Positions 9,925 through 19,722 of a stretch of 64,000 nucleotides of DNA are shown in pieces. The stretch is from Nitrospirota bacterium (lineage in GTDB: Bacteria > Nitrospirota > Thermodesulfovibrionia > Thermodesulfovibrionales > JdFR-86). Where the stretch lies: assembly GCA_963721805.1 (NCBI GenBank), contig CAVRJY010000002.1, forward strand, positions 288,001 through 352,000, given 5' to 3'. The translations under genes and the position numbers were made by a program. Within the stretch, counting starts at the first letter, position 1, and each line of letters begins with the position of its first letter. The notes beneath the pieces are model-generated. The model had not been told where the DNA came from. It searched no databases and was given only the letters and a program-made list of their open reading frames with translations.

Positions 9925-10916
9925 CTCTCACGCCGGAGACCGCGGCCCTGACGGTGTCCTCGGCCCTGAGCACGGTGATGATATGCGCCTCGGCCGCGTT
10001 CGGCGTGACGGTGCTCAGGCGGTGGGACCTCAGAAGCGGCAGCGAGCTACAGCTGACCCTGGAGCGCCGGACCTACCTCGTATCGACGATGCTCGCGTAC
10101 GCGTTTTTCTTCGAGTGCATATCCTTGTTTTTTCTCGTCCACACGGCCGAGAAGATGCACCCGCTCTTCGTGGGCGCGATGTGCGCGGTGGGCACGTTCA
10201 GCGCTAGCCGCTTCGGGTTCCCCTCGCTGATAATCCAGTGCATAACTTTTTTGCTGGCTGCCATATGGCTGATCATGAACTACGCAGACAGCCGCGCGAG
10301 CGACTACCCGCTAATCCGGCCCAAGTACGCCCTGCTCCTGCTGATCGCGCCTGTATCGGCCGCTGGCACCGCAACGCTTATCGGATTTTTCTGGACCTTG
10401 GAGCCTCACGTGATAACCTCGTGCTGCGGCGCGCTGTTTGGGAGCGGATCCAACGCCAGCATAGCCGCATCGCTGGGCGCACTTCCGCCCAAGCCCGCTA
10501 TGATCGCGTTTTACGCCTCGATAGCGCTCGTGGCGCTAAGCGGGCTTTACGCCGCTCGAACGGACCGGGGGCATGCCGCGCTCGGCCTGCTGAGCCTCGC
10601 TGCGCTCGTGGTCTCGCTTGCCTCGATCATCTCGTTCGTCTCTTGCTACGTGATGGAGCTGCCCACGCACCACTGCCCGTTTTGCATCCTGCAGGCAGAT
10701 TACGGCTACATAGGCTACCCGATGTACCTTGCGCTCTTCGGGGGCGCGGCCGCCGGGATCGGCGCTGGAGTGCTCGGGGCCTATAAGTCTGTCCCGAGCC
10801 TCGCGGACCCGCGCATCAGGCGCAATCTGGCCTATTGGTCGATGGCGCTGTTTCTGTTATTCGCTGCGATAGTGACATGGAAGATCCTGGGAACGGACTT
10901 CAAGCTCTTCGGCTGA
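9921..10916 (+). CDS. Polytopic membrane protein with Cys/His motifs
   Basis: ATGA overlap with ABC gene; many TM segments; GAMCAVG, ITSCCG, HHCPFC. Confidence 0.85.
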   Translation: MTLTPETAALTVSSALSTVMICASAAFGVTVLRRWDLRSGSELQLTLERRTYLVSTMLAYAFFFECISLFFLVHTAEKMHPLFVGAMCAVGTFSASRFGFPSLIIQCITFLLAAIWLIMNYADSRASDYPLIRPKYALLLLIAPVSAAGTATLIGFFWTLEPHVITSCCGALFGSGSNASIAASLGALPPKPAMIAFYASIALVALSGLYAARTDRGHAALGLLSLAALVVSLASIISFVSCYVMELPTHHCPFCILQADYGYIGYPMYLALFGGAAAGIGAGVLGAYKSVPSLADPRIRRNLAYWSMALFLLFAAIVTWKILGTDFKLFG

Positions 10917-10922
10917 TACGGG

Positions 10923-12128
10923 TCAGGATTTTTTGATCCTCAAAAACTTACGTTTGCCTACCTGAAGAAGCGCGTCGGCCGAGCCTAAAGCCAGATTCGG
11001 GTCGGTGATCTTCACCCCGTCGAGCTTCACCCCGCCTTGCGAGATCAGCCTCCGGGCCTCGCTCATGCTCGATGCGAGCGCGTGCTCCTTCATCACCAGC
11101 GCGGCCGGGGAGCCCTCGGCGATGAACGCCTCGGGGATGTCGTCCGGGAGGCCCTTCTCACCGCCGAACATGCGGTCGAACTCCTCGCGCGCGGCCTTGC
11201 CCTCGATCACTCCCCAGTAGCGGCCGACGATCTCCTCGGCGAGCGAGGCCTTCGCGTCGCGGGGGTGCACGCTCCCGTCCGCCAGGCCGGATTTCAGCGC
11301 TCCCAGCTCCCCAAGCGTGATGTGGCTTAAAAGCTCATAGTAGCGGAGCATCAGCGCGTCCGTGATCGACATGATCTTGCCGAATATCTCTCTCGGGCTA
11401 TCGCTGATGCCGATGTAATTGCCCAGGCTCTTGGACATCTTCTTCACGCCGTCCGTGCCCTCTAATAGCGGCATCATCAGGACGCACTGCGGCTCCTGCC
11501 CGTACTCCTTCTGGAGCTCGCGGCCCATCAGGAGGTTGAACTTCTGGTCAGTGCCGCCAAGCTCGACGTCGCAGCGGAGCGCGACGCTGTCGTAGCCCTG
11601 CACGAGCGGGTACATGAACTCGTGGATATGGATCGGGACCTGCCCCTCGTAGCGTTTTTTGAAGTCGTCGCGCTCGAGCATACGGGCGACGGTATAGTGG
11701 CTCAGCAGCCGCACGATCTCGGCGGGCTTGAGCGGGTCGAGCCACTCGGAGTTGAACTTTACCGTCGTCCGCTCCGGGATCAGGATCTTGAATATCTGCT
11801 CGCGGTAGGTCTCGGCGTTTCTGAGCACGTCCTCGCGCGTCAGCGGCGGCCGCATCTCGTTTTTGCCCGAGGGGTCGCCGATCATGCCCGTGAAGTCCCC
11901 GATCAGGAATATGCACTCGTGGCCGAGCTCCTGAAACTGGCGCATCTTCTCTATCAGGACGGTATGGCCGATGTGGATGTCCGGCGCGGTCGGGTCAAAC
12001 CCGGCCTTGACGCGCAGGGGGCGGTTTTCCTTCACCGAGCGGACGAGCTTGCGCATGAGCTCGGCCTCGCTTATGAGTTCGGCCGCCCCGCGGCGTATCG
12101 CCTCCATCTGTTTTTCGGGTGAGATCAT
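10923..12128 (-). CDS. tyrS: Tyrosyl-tRNA synthetase
   Basis: [27 protein letters not shown]-terminal S4 domain. Confidence 0.98.
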   Translation of the reverse strand: MISPEKQMEAIRRGAAELISEAELMRKLVRSVKENRPLRVKAGFDPTAPDIHIGHTVLIEKMRQFQELGHECIFLIGDFTGMIGDPSGKNEMRPPLTREDVLRNAETYREQIFKILIPERTTVKFNSEWLDPLKPAEIVRLLSHYTVARMLERDDFKKRYEGQVPIHIHEFMYPLVQGYDSVALRCDVELGGTDQKFNLLMGRELQKEYGQEPQCVLMMPLLEGTDGVKKMSKSLGNYIGISDSPREIFGKIMSITDALMLRYYELLSHITLGELGALKSGLADGSVHPRDAKASLAEEIVGRYWGVIEGKAAREEFDRMFGGEKGLPDDIPEAFIAEGSPAALVMKEHALASSMSEARRLISQGGVKLDGVKITDPNLALGSADALLQVGKRKFLRIKKS

Positions 12129-12209
12129 CGAATGCGTATGATAAACGTTGCGGTCACATGAGGTCAAATGAAATAAAAAAAAGGCCACGCGAATGGCCGG
12201 GGATTTTTA

Positions 12210-12286
12210 TGGCGGGGCGGACGGGGCTCGAACCCGCGACATCCAGCGTGACAGGCTGGCACTCTAACCAACTGAGCTACCGCCCC
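12210..12286 (-). tRNA. tRNA-Asp(GTC)
   Basis: Reverse complement GGGGCGGTAGCTCAGTTGG..CCAGC-CTGTCAC-GCTGG..GTTCGAG..CCGCCCCGCCA, 77 nt. Confidence 0.97.
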
Positions 12287-12298
12287 AAGGGGTGCACA

Positions 12299-12374
12299 TG
12301 GTAGGCGGAACAGGGATCGAACCTGCGACATCAGCCTTGTAAGGGCTGCGCTCTCCCGGCTGAGCTATCCGCCC
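12299..12374 (-). tRNA. tRNA-Val(TAC)
   Basis: Reverse complement GGGCGGATAGCTCAG..CAGCC-CTTACAA-GGCTG..GTTCGAT..TCCGCCTACCA, 76 nt. Confidence 0.97.
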
Positions 12375-12492
12375 GCGTACGTCCTTAGGAATGCTAATTA
12401 TCCACTACCGGCCCCGAATTTGTCAAATCCCGCGCCGGCAGGGTGCGGCGGCCCGAAACGCCCCGGCGCATCGGCCCCGGGCGGGCATGCTG

Positions 12493-13089
12493 CTATTTGA
12501 TGTGGCATTTAAGGCAGAGGCGGGAATCGTTGTTTGATAAAACGAGGTGACTCTCGTTTCGTTTATACGGGTTATGGCATGACAGGCAGGTCACCTTCCC
12601 GTCCACCATCACTATCCTGCGGTCCGTGAGAGTCCTGAATTTGCCGGGTTCGCCCTTGACGTACAGTACGTCCACCTTGTGGCCGTCACGCGATATGTCC
12701 GGCCCTATAGTGCCGTCATGGCAGCCGAGGCACCCGTTGACAGCCTGATCGTCCAGGTCGTCGCGGTTGCCCATGTGCGCCATCCCCAGCAGGCAGGCCA
12801 TGCCGGTCGTGCAGTCGTGGCAGACGCTGCACAGCTTGCCAGAATCCTTCCGCAGGCCGCAGACGCCTTGCGCGCATTTATGGCATGTGAGGCACACCAT
12901 CTTCCCGTTGGCGTCAAGCGGCAGGGGTTCCTTCATGCCCTGAGGCGTCTTGAGCGTGTGCGTCGGGAGCGCGCGCGGGTGGCACGACAGGCAGTATGTG
13001 CTGTCAATCCCCGCCGGGTCGTGCATCCCGGCTATTGCGACCGATGAGCAGAGTGACAGGAATAAAGCGGCGGTGTAAAGGCGTATCAT
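12493..13089 (-). CDS. Periplasmic multiheme cytochrome c (six CxxCH)
   Basis: Signal peptide; CLSCH, CLTCH, CSVCH, CLGCH, CLSCH, CLKCH. Confidence 0.92.
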   Translation of the reverse strand: MIRLYTAALFLSLCSSVAIAGMHDPAGIDSTYCLSCHPRALPTHTLKTPQGMKEPLPLDANGKMVCLTCHKCAQGVCGLRKDSGKLCSVCHDCTTGMACLLGMAHMGNRDDLDDQAVNGCLGCHDGTIGPDISRDGHKVDVLYVKGEPGKFRTLTDRRIVMVDGKVTCLSCHNPYKRNESHLVLSNNDSRLCLKCHIK

Positions 13090-13379
13090 GTGCTGCCCCC
13101 CATTCTTGACGAAATCGTAGCACCAAACAGCCCTCGGAGCAACTGAATTGCGTGGCAAGCGGGCTTATGCATTGTTTATGCCTGTAGCCCTCCCGCAAGC
13201 CAGTGTTTTGGCGCTTATTTTTCGAGGCATCATGTCAGGCCCAAATGAAGCGGTCAGCGGGAAGCCGGACAAACTCTGCGCCTTTGGATCTCTGAAGCCG
13301 CATCGCGCCGCGCCTCTTGACAGTCTATGACACTCAAGGTTATTCTCTAAATGCCTGATTTCACGAAATTTCCATACCA

Positions 13380-13466
13380 GCCGGAGTGGCGGAATTGGCA
13401 GACGCAAGGGACTTAAAATCCCTCGGGGGCAACCCCATACCGGTTCAATCCCGGTCTCCGGTACCA
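13380..13466 (+). tRNA. tRNA-Leu(TAA), left attachment site of island 1
   Basis: GCCGGAGTGGCGGAATTGG..AGGGA-CTTAAAA-TCCCT, long variable arm, GTTCAAT, CTCCGGTACCA; TTGACA upstream at 13317. Confidence 0.97.
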
Positions 13467-13476
13467 TAATAATAAC

Positions 13477-13508
13477 AAGGGGTTAGACGATTTTCGTCAA
13501 CCCCTTTT
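13477..13508 (+). terminator. Intrinsic terminator after tRNA-Leu
   Basis: AAGGGGTT.GACG-ATTTT-CGTCAACCCCTTTT hairpin with T-run. Confidence 0.75.
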
Positions 13509-13526
13509 GCTTTGTGATTCCAATTC

Positions 13527-13547
13527 TGGGGAAAGTTTGGGGAAAGT
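13527..13547. repeat. Putative integrase arm-type sites, left end of island 1
   Basis: TGGGGAAAGT twice at 11-bp period; matched by TGGGGAAGAT/TGGAGAAAGT at 43897-43917. Confidence 0.75.
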
Positions 13548-14503
13548 CAGATTCGCGTAAACCCCAATAGTCTCAGATACCCCATGGTGGTCGAGATGTT
13601 GCTGTGGCCGAGCCTCTGCATGATTTCCAAGGTGCTCATGCCGCTATTGGCCCATATAGAGGCCCTGCGGTGCCGAAGATTGTGCCATGCCCATGGCCTT
13701 TGTCCGCATAAGCGCACTGCCTTGGTAAGATAGTGCTGATACTCACTGCAAGCCTCCTCCAAACCTTTGAAGTCCGGGCTTATACATGCCGGTCGCGGCA
13801 CATACCGTGGAGTTAGGGTTGAGTTCTTGGCCTTCCTCGTCCAGAGAACTACTTGCTCGCCGATAATTTCCGGTTTATTGAAAAACCGGACGGCTTCGTT
13901 GATGCGACAGCCTGTTTCCTGAACGAAGCCAAAAAGAACTTTTCGGGCCGGAGTTAATCTGCTATAGACCTCCTCGATCTCGGCATCTGTTGGGATGTGT
14001 TTGAGCTTTTGCTCTATGGGATAGAGTCCCAAGCCGTGCGCCGGGTTGCGCATATCAAGATCATGGATTTTGATGCCCCATTCAAAAAGGGCATGGATGA
14101 TCCGCTGCATTTCCCTGAGCCGATGGTTGGTCTGTCCTTTGGCAGCAAACCGCTTGGCTTCATTGGAAAACAGATCGTGAAGCTGTTTTTTGGTTATCTG
14201 CGACACCTCAATGTCGCCGATATAATCCAACAGCTTTTTGAAAAACCGTTTGGTGTTTTTGTAATACTGAAGACTTCTCTTGGCCTGAAGCTCATCAAGC
14301 CGGTCGTTCATTAAGCTCAAGAGCATAATGCTGCTTGTTGGATTCCGTGCCTCCTTGTCCGCCCTGTTGATGTAATCTCTTTCGGCTTTCCGCGCTTCCT
14401 GCTTTGTGAGGTATATGCACTGAGAGCAATACTTGTTGCCCAAATACTGCCCTCTGAATAGCCACCTCACGCCCTTGGCCAGTTTCCGGCTATACACGCC
14501 CAC
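13547..14503 (-). CDS. Tyrosine integrase of island 1
   Basis: TGCRINE, HNLRH, LGHSNISTTMGY catalytic residues; abuts att site. Confidence 0.95.
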   Translation of the reverse strand: MGVYSRKLAKGVRWLFRGQYLGNKYCSQCIYLTKQEARKAERDYINRADKEARNPTSSIMLLSLMNDRLDELQAKRSLQYYKNTKRFFKKLLDYIGDIEVSQITKKQLHDLFSNEAKRFAAKGQTNHRLREMQRIIHALFEWGIKIHDLDMRNPAHGLGLYPIEQKLKHIPTDAEIEEVYSRLTPARKVLFGFVQETGCRINEAVRFFNKPEIIGEQVVLWTRKAKNSTLTPRYVPRPACISPDFKGLEEACSEYQHYLTKAVRLCGQRPWAWHNLRHRRASIWANSGMSTLEIMQRLGHSNISTTMGYLRLLGFTRI

Positions 14504-14666
14504 GCTCTCACCTCCTATCGTCTCGCCTCGTTAAGGCTGTTAAAGTTTTCGTTGAAACTCCGTTTAGCTTTGGATATAATTTAAGAACGGTAAAAGGCTT
14601 ACAGGTAGGGGTAGTCTTTCAAAATTTGGGTTGGTTTAAGGCGGTAAGAGGTAACAGGAGGTGTCT

Positions 14667-14897
14667 ATGGACACCAAGTTCCTCTCCGCCAAGGAGGTCG
14701 CCGCCCTGCTGGGTCGATCCGAAAAATGGGTCTACTCCAACAAGGCGGCAATTCCGGGTATGTTCTACCTCGGTAGATCATACTTTTGGGATCAAGAAGT
14801 CCTCCTTGGAACCCTGAAAGACTTGGCAACCCGTCCTGCCAAGCCGGGAGCAAGAAGCGGCGGCAAGCCTATTGGCGACCGCCACTGCCTGCTCTAA
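14667..14897 (+). CDS. Excisionase/AlpA-like HTH protein
   Basis: AGGAGG RBS; FLSAKEVAALLGRSEKWVY; divergent from integrase. Confidence 0.8.
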   Translation: MDTKFLSAKEVAALLGRSEKWVYSNKAAIPGMFYLGRSYFWDQEVLLGTLKDLATRPAKPGARSGGKPIGDRHCLL

Positions 14898-14917
14898 GTT
14901 CGTGCGGGGTGGGGTTA

Positions 14918-15151
14918 TTACTCCACCCCCATTTTTTGTGTGGCCCCCTGTTCTTGGGCTTCCGGCTTCCCGCCGGTCGATCCGCTCTTTCGTCCTCTCT
15001 TTTTAGGTTCACCTGTTCCGTTGGCGATGGCTGCAAGATATGCCTCCACCCCTTTGATTTCCGCCGTTACCTCGGCAAGCTCTATTTTGAGTTTGATTTC
15101 CGTGGCTCTGAGTTCTTCTAGCCTGTTTGCTGCCTGTTCCCTGAACATCAT
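14918..15151 (-). CDS. Small coiled-coil, basic hypothetical protein
   Basis: AGGAGG RBS on minus strand; heptad-like N-terminus, KKRGRK tail. Confidence 0.65.
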   Translation of the reverse strand: MMFREQAANRLEELRATEIKLKIELAEVTAEIKGVEAYLAAIANGTGEPKKRGRKSGSTGGKPEAQEQGATQKMGVE

Positions 15152-15244
15152 AACGCCTCCTTTTCTTGAGTTTTACGTCTCACCTTTATTGTAGAAAGGC
15201 GCGCGGATGTTGGAAATAGAAACCATCGGAGAATTCAAGATAAT

Positions 15245-16031
15245 TTAGGAACTTACGGGATGCTGCGTTGATTCGCTGTCCTGAGACAGGATAATCCCTA
15301 GGACTTGCTCCGTATCACTAAGCACCCGGAGTGCCGCCGCATACGGCGAAAGCTTTGCCTTCACCGCATAGTGGGTGATATATCGATAGCCGTTGCCGAG
15401 CGCCTTGTCTGGTTCTTTGCCGATGAGCTTGCAAAGCACGATGGCTCCAAGCTCGGCTACGATCTCTTGTCTCCAGTCCTGACCGGGGGTAAGGTTACCC
15501 ATGATCCGATGGTGGGCAGAGTGGCACAGCTCGTGGAAAAACACGCTTTCTTCCGGCGATGCCAGAACGATTTCCTTGCGGCTCTGGGCATATGCGCCAT
15601 AGAAGTAGGAACTTCCGGCCACGGCTTTTACGCTGATGCCCCATTCCGAAGCTCGTTTCAGAAGCGGCAACTCCGGCACGATTAGCTTCTGGTATTCCAC
15701 CGGTTTGCCGTTGGTGTCTTCAATCCGAAATACCGGCACTAGCATGAAGGCGCGAACGACCTTTTCGTCATCCTTTTCGTTATTCTCTTGACGATAGGGG
15801 CAAGGATATGGATCGCTCGACTACCTTTTCTCGGATACCGTCCGATCTTGTTCCACTGCCTGATGCCGCGCGCGTCCTGTGTGCCGCTGGAATAGGCCAA
15901 GAGCCTGTTAAGTAGGGACCACTTGGCCATTGGGATGTCCACCTGCGGATAACACGTCAGAGCCACCGCTTCGGGGATGTCCCCGCTTTCGAACTGCTCC
16001 AGAATCAGTTCAATGTTTCTTTCACCTTCAT
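15245..16031 (-). pseudogene. ardC: ArdC-like antirestriction/ssDNA-binding protein, frameshifted
   Basis: WSLLNRL, DARGIRQWNKIGR..KGSRAI in 15739-16074; VPVF, FFHELCH, EIVAE zincin-like motif in 15245-15745; frame breaks near 16005 and 15770. Confidence 0.75.
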
Positions 16032-16033
16032 GC

Positions 16034-16339
16034 TCAATCTTCTCCTTTCGCTGGATTTGTGCCTGAATAGGCACGATAAGCTCGTATGGTCCTCCTTGAG
16101 TGCTTCAGGCAGAAATAGTCCGGGATAAGGCTCAGCTGGTTTTGGTTAAAGGCCGGAGCCTGTGCTATGACTAGCTCCTGCCCCGTAAGCTCTACCCGGT
16201 ATCCGGCAATGGTTAAGCCGGAAAGGTTATTGGCTCCGAGGTAGACGGTAATTCTTTCCTCCAAGTCTGGAAGTTCATCGACGATTTTACGGCGATGGTA
16301 GAGCTTGCTTACGAGCCGGGATAATTCCGTGCGGTTCAT
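16034..16339 (-). CDS. Hypothetical protein
   Basis: AGGAGG RBS then ATG; 101-aa ORF; family not recognised. Confidence 0.6.
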   Translation of the reverse strand: MNRTELSRLVSKLYHRRKIVDELPDLEERITVYLGANNLSGLTIAGYRVELTGQELVIAQAPAFNQNQLSLIPDYFCLKHSRRTIRAYRAYSGTNPAKGED

Positions 16340-16482
16340 CGCGCGCCTCCTTTGTCTTCTAACCCGGCTTGCGTTGGCAAACAGGGGTTGGATCAGTTAA
16401 TAAAGAACTGATGCCAGTCTATGTGGAGAACAGAAGACGCGAAAGGCGGGAGAACTTGCGCATATAGGCAAATAATCGGAGG

Positions 16483-17760
16483 TTAAGGCGACAACAGCTC
16501 CTTTTCGGCCTGTTTCCGTGGCTTATTGTATTTCGCTCTCGATGCCGCGATAATTTCATCCCTGAATGAAACTCCCATCTCTGGCGGTGCAAGCGTCGCG
16601 GCACTGAAGGCTTTGGAAGTAAACCCGTCGATCAGGAGCTTGAGGTATATGTGGTAATTCGGGAGATTCACTAAATCACTCTCTTTGAAAACAGACATGA
16701 ATTCACGGCTTAAGTAGCTGGCATCTTTGGCTCCGACCCGGAAGGAAATAATCGTTCCGACATTGCCGAAAACCGCCGTCCGTATTTCTTTCTCCAGCTG
16801 CTCAATATACTGATGGGCCAGTATAAGGCATAGGCCGTATTTGCGCGACTCGGATAATATGTCGGCAAACGATTCGGTTAGGAAGTTATGAACCTCATCC
16901 ACATAGAGATAAAAATACTTCCGCTCGCTTTCCGGCAGATTGGCCCGGCTCATGGCCGCTAATTGGATTCGTGTGACAATCATGGCACCTAAGAGGGCGC
17001 AATTGTCCTCTCCGATTTTGCCCTTTGCCAAATTGACGATCAATATCTTGCCTTCATCCATAACCTTACGGAGCTTGAAGGTGTTTTCCCGCTGGCCGAC
17101 GATATTTCGGAGCGGCACACTGGATAAAAACTGACCCATCTTGTTTAAGATGGGAGCGATGGCGCTTGAGCGCATCCAAGCCGAATATTGCTCATATTCC
17201 AGAAACCAGAAATCCCGTAACTGTTGATCGGCTATCTTTGTCAGAACCCTTGACCGGAATGTCTTGTTGGTTAATAGCCGTGGGATGTCCAAAAGAGTGC
17301 TGCCCTGATATGCCAAGAGAGTTAAGATCGAATTCCTAAGAATATGCTCCAGCCTCGGCCCCCAGAAGTCAGCCCAGATTTTCTTAAAAACTGATATGAG
17401 GCCGGAGGCTACCAGATGATGATAGTCCGGGTGGATGGTCTCCAGCGGATTAAAGGCAATGGGATATTCGATGTCAGCCGGATTGAAATATATCACGTCT
17501 TCGATTCGTTCTTTGGGGATATATCCCAAAATGTTTTCGGCTAAGTCCCCGTGGGGATCGATCAAAGCCAGTCCGTTTCCGGCCTTGATGTCAGAGATAA
17601 CCATATTCTCGATCAGCGTGGATTTGCCGGTGCCGGTTTTGCCGATGATATACATATGGCCGCCCCTGTCCTTTTCTTTGATGCCGAACAGCTTATTGGT
17701 ATTGCGGTAATTTGTTGTGGCGAGATATGTGATTTTGGGTTTATCGTTGCTTTGAGTCAT
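16483..17760 (-). CDS. VirD4/TraD-like coupling ATPase (HerA/DUF87-like, no TM anchor)
   Basis: HMYIIGKTGTGKS, IDPHGDLA, LYVDEVHNF, SESRKYGLCLILAHQY, FGNVGTIISFRVG. Confidence 0.92.
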   Translation of the reverse strand: MTQSNDKPKITYLATTNYRNTNKLFGIKEKDRGGHMYIIGKTGTGKSTLIENMVISDIKAGNGLALIDPHGDLAENILGYIPKERIEDVIYFNPADIEYPIAFNPLETIHPDYHHLVASGLISVFKKIWADFWGPRLEHILRNSILTLLAYQGSTLLDIPRLLTNKTFRSRVLTKIADQQLRDFWFLEYEQYSAWMRSSAIAPILNKMGQFLSSVPLRNIVGQRENTFKLRKVMDEGKILIVNLAKGKIGEDNCALLGAMIVTRIQLAAMSRANLPESERKYFYLYVDEVHNFLTESFADILSESRKYGLCLILAHQYIEQLEKEIRTAVFGNVGTIISFRVGAKDASYLSREFMSVFKESDLVNLPNYHIYLKLLIDGFTSKAFSAATLAPPEMGVSFRDEIIAASRAKYNKPRKQAEKELLSP

Positions 17761-17977
17761 AAAGCAATGATAAGCATTCATTCACATAAATCGAAGGCTG
17801 GATTTAATGACTAAGGAGGCAACTTCTGCCTCCTTTTTTGTTTTTCCACCTCTGCTAATCTGCATTTGACAGCGAATTCCTAGGTTCGCTTTCCTCAATA
17901 ATTTCTTAATGCTAAAATGACAATACGGACCAAGCGCGGATCAATTCCGCGCCCCCGTATTGCTCATTAACAAATTA

Positions 17978-18217
17978 ATGGACAATGGTTCAAATGCGGC
18001 TCACGAGCTGAAAGAGTTATCATCGCCAGAAGAACTGGCCGAGTATTTTGGTTATTCCATAGCTACCGTCTATCGGTTCATGGCAAAGAGACAAATACCG
18101 TTTTGCAAGTTAGGGCGTGGTATAAAATTCAAAAGGGATGATGTCTTAAAGTTTATTGACGACAACCGCACTGACACCATTGTTAAGCAATTGTATGAGC
18201 GCAAGAAAAAGATATAA
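17978..18217 (+). CDS. Excisionase-family HTH protein
   Basis: SPEELAEYFGYSIATVYR..IPFCKLGRGIKF; overlaps integrase start. Confidence 0.88.
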   Translation: MDNGSNAAHELKELSSPEELAEYFGYSIATVYRFMAKRQIPFCKLGRGIKFKRDDVLKFIDDNRTDTIVKQLYERKKKI

Positions 18218-19328
18218 CAAATGGTGGGTTGATTTCGGGTTTAATGGAACAAGATATAGAAAACCAAGCCCTGATAACACTGCGGCTGGAGCGAAGGCCT
18301 ATGAAGCCCACCTAAGACAACAATTGGCGCGCGGAGAAAATGTTAACGAGAACTATGATATAGCGAAGAAGGCCTGTCTGCAAAAGCAAACATTTGAAGA
18401 ATTCGCACGGAAATGGTTTGAAATCGATGTGAAGAATAACAATAAGTTCTCTGTAATCAGCAACAAGCGATATACCCTAAACGCCCATCTGATCCCGTAT
18501 TTCGGCAATATGAGTATAGGTGAAATCGGCAACCTTCATGTCGAGGAATATAAAACGGTTAAGCTGAACTCTGGCCTATGCCAGAAGACCATCAATAACC
18601 ATCTTATTGTCTTGGCACGCTGTTTAAATGTAGCTATGGAGTGGAATGTCCTCGAAAAGGTGCCGAAGATAAAGCGAATGAAAGTGGCCCCGCAGAGATA
18701 TGACTTCTTGACGGAGAATGAGAGTCGGCAACTTCTCAATGATTCTGTGGGAACTTTGCGTGAGATGATTCTCGTTGCTCTGAAAACAGGAGTGCGCCTT
18801 GGAGAGCTGCTCGCCATTGAATGGTGTGACATCAATTTGCAGGAGAAGCTTCTGACGGTTAGGCAGGCAATTGTCTATGGTCGCCTTGGAAGCACTAAGA
18901 GCAATAAGATAAGACAGATTCCGTTAACGGATGAAGTCTGCGAGATGCTGACCGCTAGGGCATGCAGTAGTGGATTCATTTTTACCGATAACAAAAATAA
19001 GCCATTGAAGGCCTACTGTTGTTTAAGACGGTTGCACAAAGCTTGTAAGAATGCTGGTGTCAGAAAAGTTGGTTGGCATACTCTCAGGCATACTTTCGCT
19101 TCTCATCTCGCTATTAATAACGCTCCGATGAAAGCCATCCAAGAGCTACTGGGGCATTCCAGCATTGTGACGACAATGCGATATTCACATGTGAACCATG
19201 CTACGTTACAAAACGCTGTCAAAACTCTTGAAAGAAAACAGGTTGGTCATTATGTAGTCACAGGCCCTAATTTAGTCACAATTGAGAATGCATCACAGGA
19301 TCAATTTATTGGCGTTAGCAAGGCATAA
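18195..19328 (+). CDS. Second tyrosine integrase (internal)
   Basis: N-terminal arm-binding WWVDF; TGVRLGEL, HTLRHTFAS, LGHSSIVTTMRY. Confidence 0.95.
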   Translation: MSARKRYNKWWVDFGFNGTRYRKPSPDNTAAGAKAYEAHLRQQLARGENVNENYDIAKKACLQKQTFEEFARKWFEIDVKNNNKFSVISNKRYTLNAHLIPYFGNMSIGEIGNLHVEEYKTVKLNSGLCQKTINNHLIVLARCLNVAMEWNVLEKVPKIKRMKVAPQRYDFLTENESRQLLNDSVGTLREMILVALKTGVRLGELLAIEWCDINLQEKLLTVRQAIVYGRLGSTKSNKIRQIPLTDEVCEMLTARACSSGFIFTDNKNKPLKAYCCLRRLHKACKNAGVRKVGWHTLRHTFASHLAINNAPMKAIQELLGHSSIVTTMRYSHVNHATLQNAVKTLERKQVGHYVVTGPNLVTIENASQDQFIGVSKA

Positions 19329-19370
19329 ACGGCATGTGCAGCATAAGTGTTCGTGCTCCTTATTAGCTCG

Positions 19371-19408
19371 ATGAAAACCTGGTGTCCTGACCACTAGACG
19401 ATGGCGCC
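19371..19408 (-). other. 5' half of a tRNA-Glu(TTC); attP-like core of the second integrase
   Basis: Reverse complement GGCGCCATCGTCTAGTGGTCAGGACACCAGGTTTTCAT ends at the anticodon loop; flanked by GTCACA arm repeats at 19243-19280 and 19551-19572. Confidence 0.8.
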
Positions 19409-19722
19409 ATTGTATTTCAATGTTTTGGAATGAGGTGATGAATAAGCCAAATTATGTGGTATACAAGCCAAATCTATAGAGGATAAACTTCAACTGCCAA
19501 TTCTCACGACCTGATTTTAAATTGCTTAATCTATCAATAGATGATCCCTCTTGGTCACAATATGGTCACAGGTTTTGTGAGCATGAGCAATACAGGGGAG
19601 GTGTCATTACTGTTGATGGCGTTGTGTATCAATCACCCCACATAGGATTGTAGCCTAAGCTATGATTTATGTAAAGCTGGGGTTATTTGACGTTCCCGGC
19701 AAATTGGAAACAGCATAAAATA

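Noticed and set aside
13165..13467. 100-aa ORF MVPETGIEPV (also 53713-53964 and 12119-12304)
   Set aside because: Translations of tRNA or att sequence, a common spurious ORF class.
19371..19408. Functional tRNA-Glu gene
   Set aside because: Similarity stops at the anticodon loop; no 3' anticodon stem, T-arm or acceptor strand.
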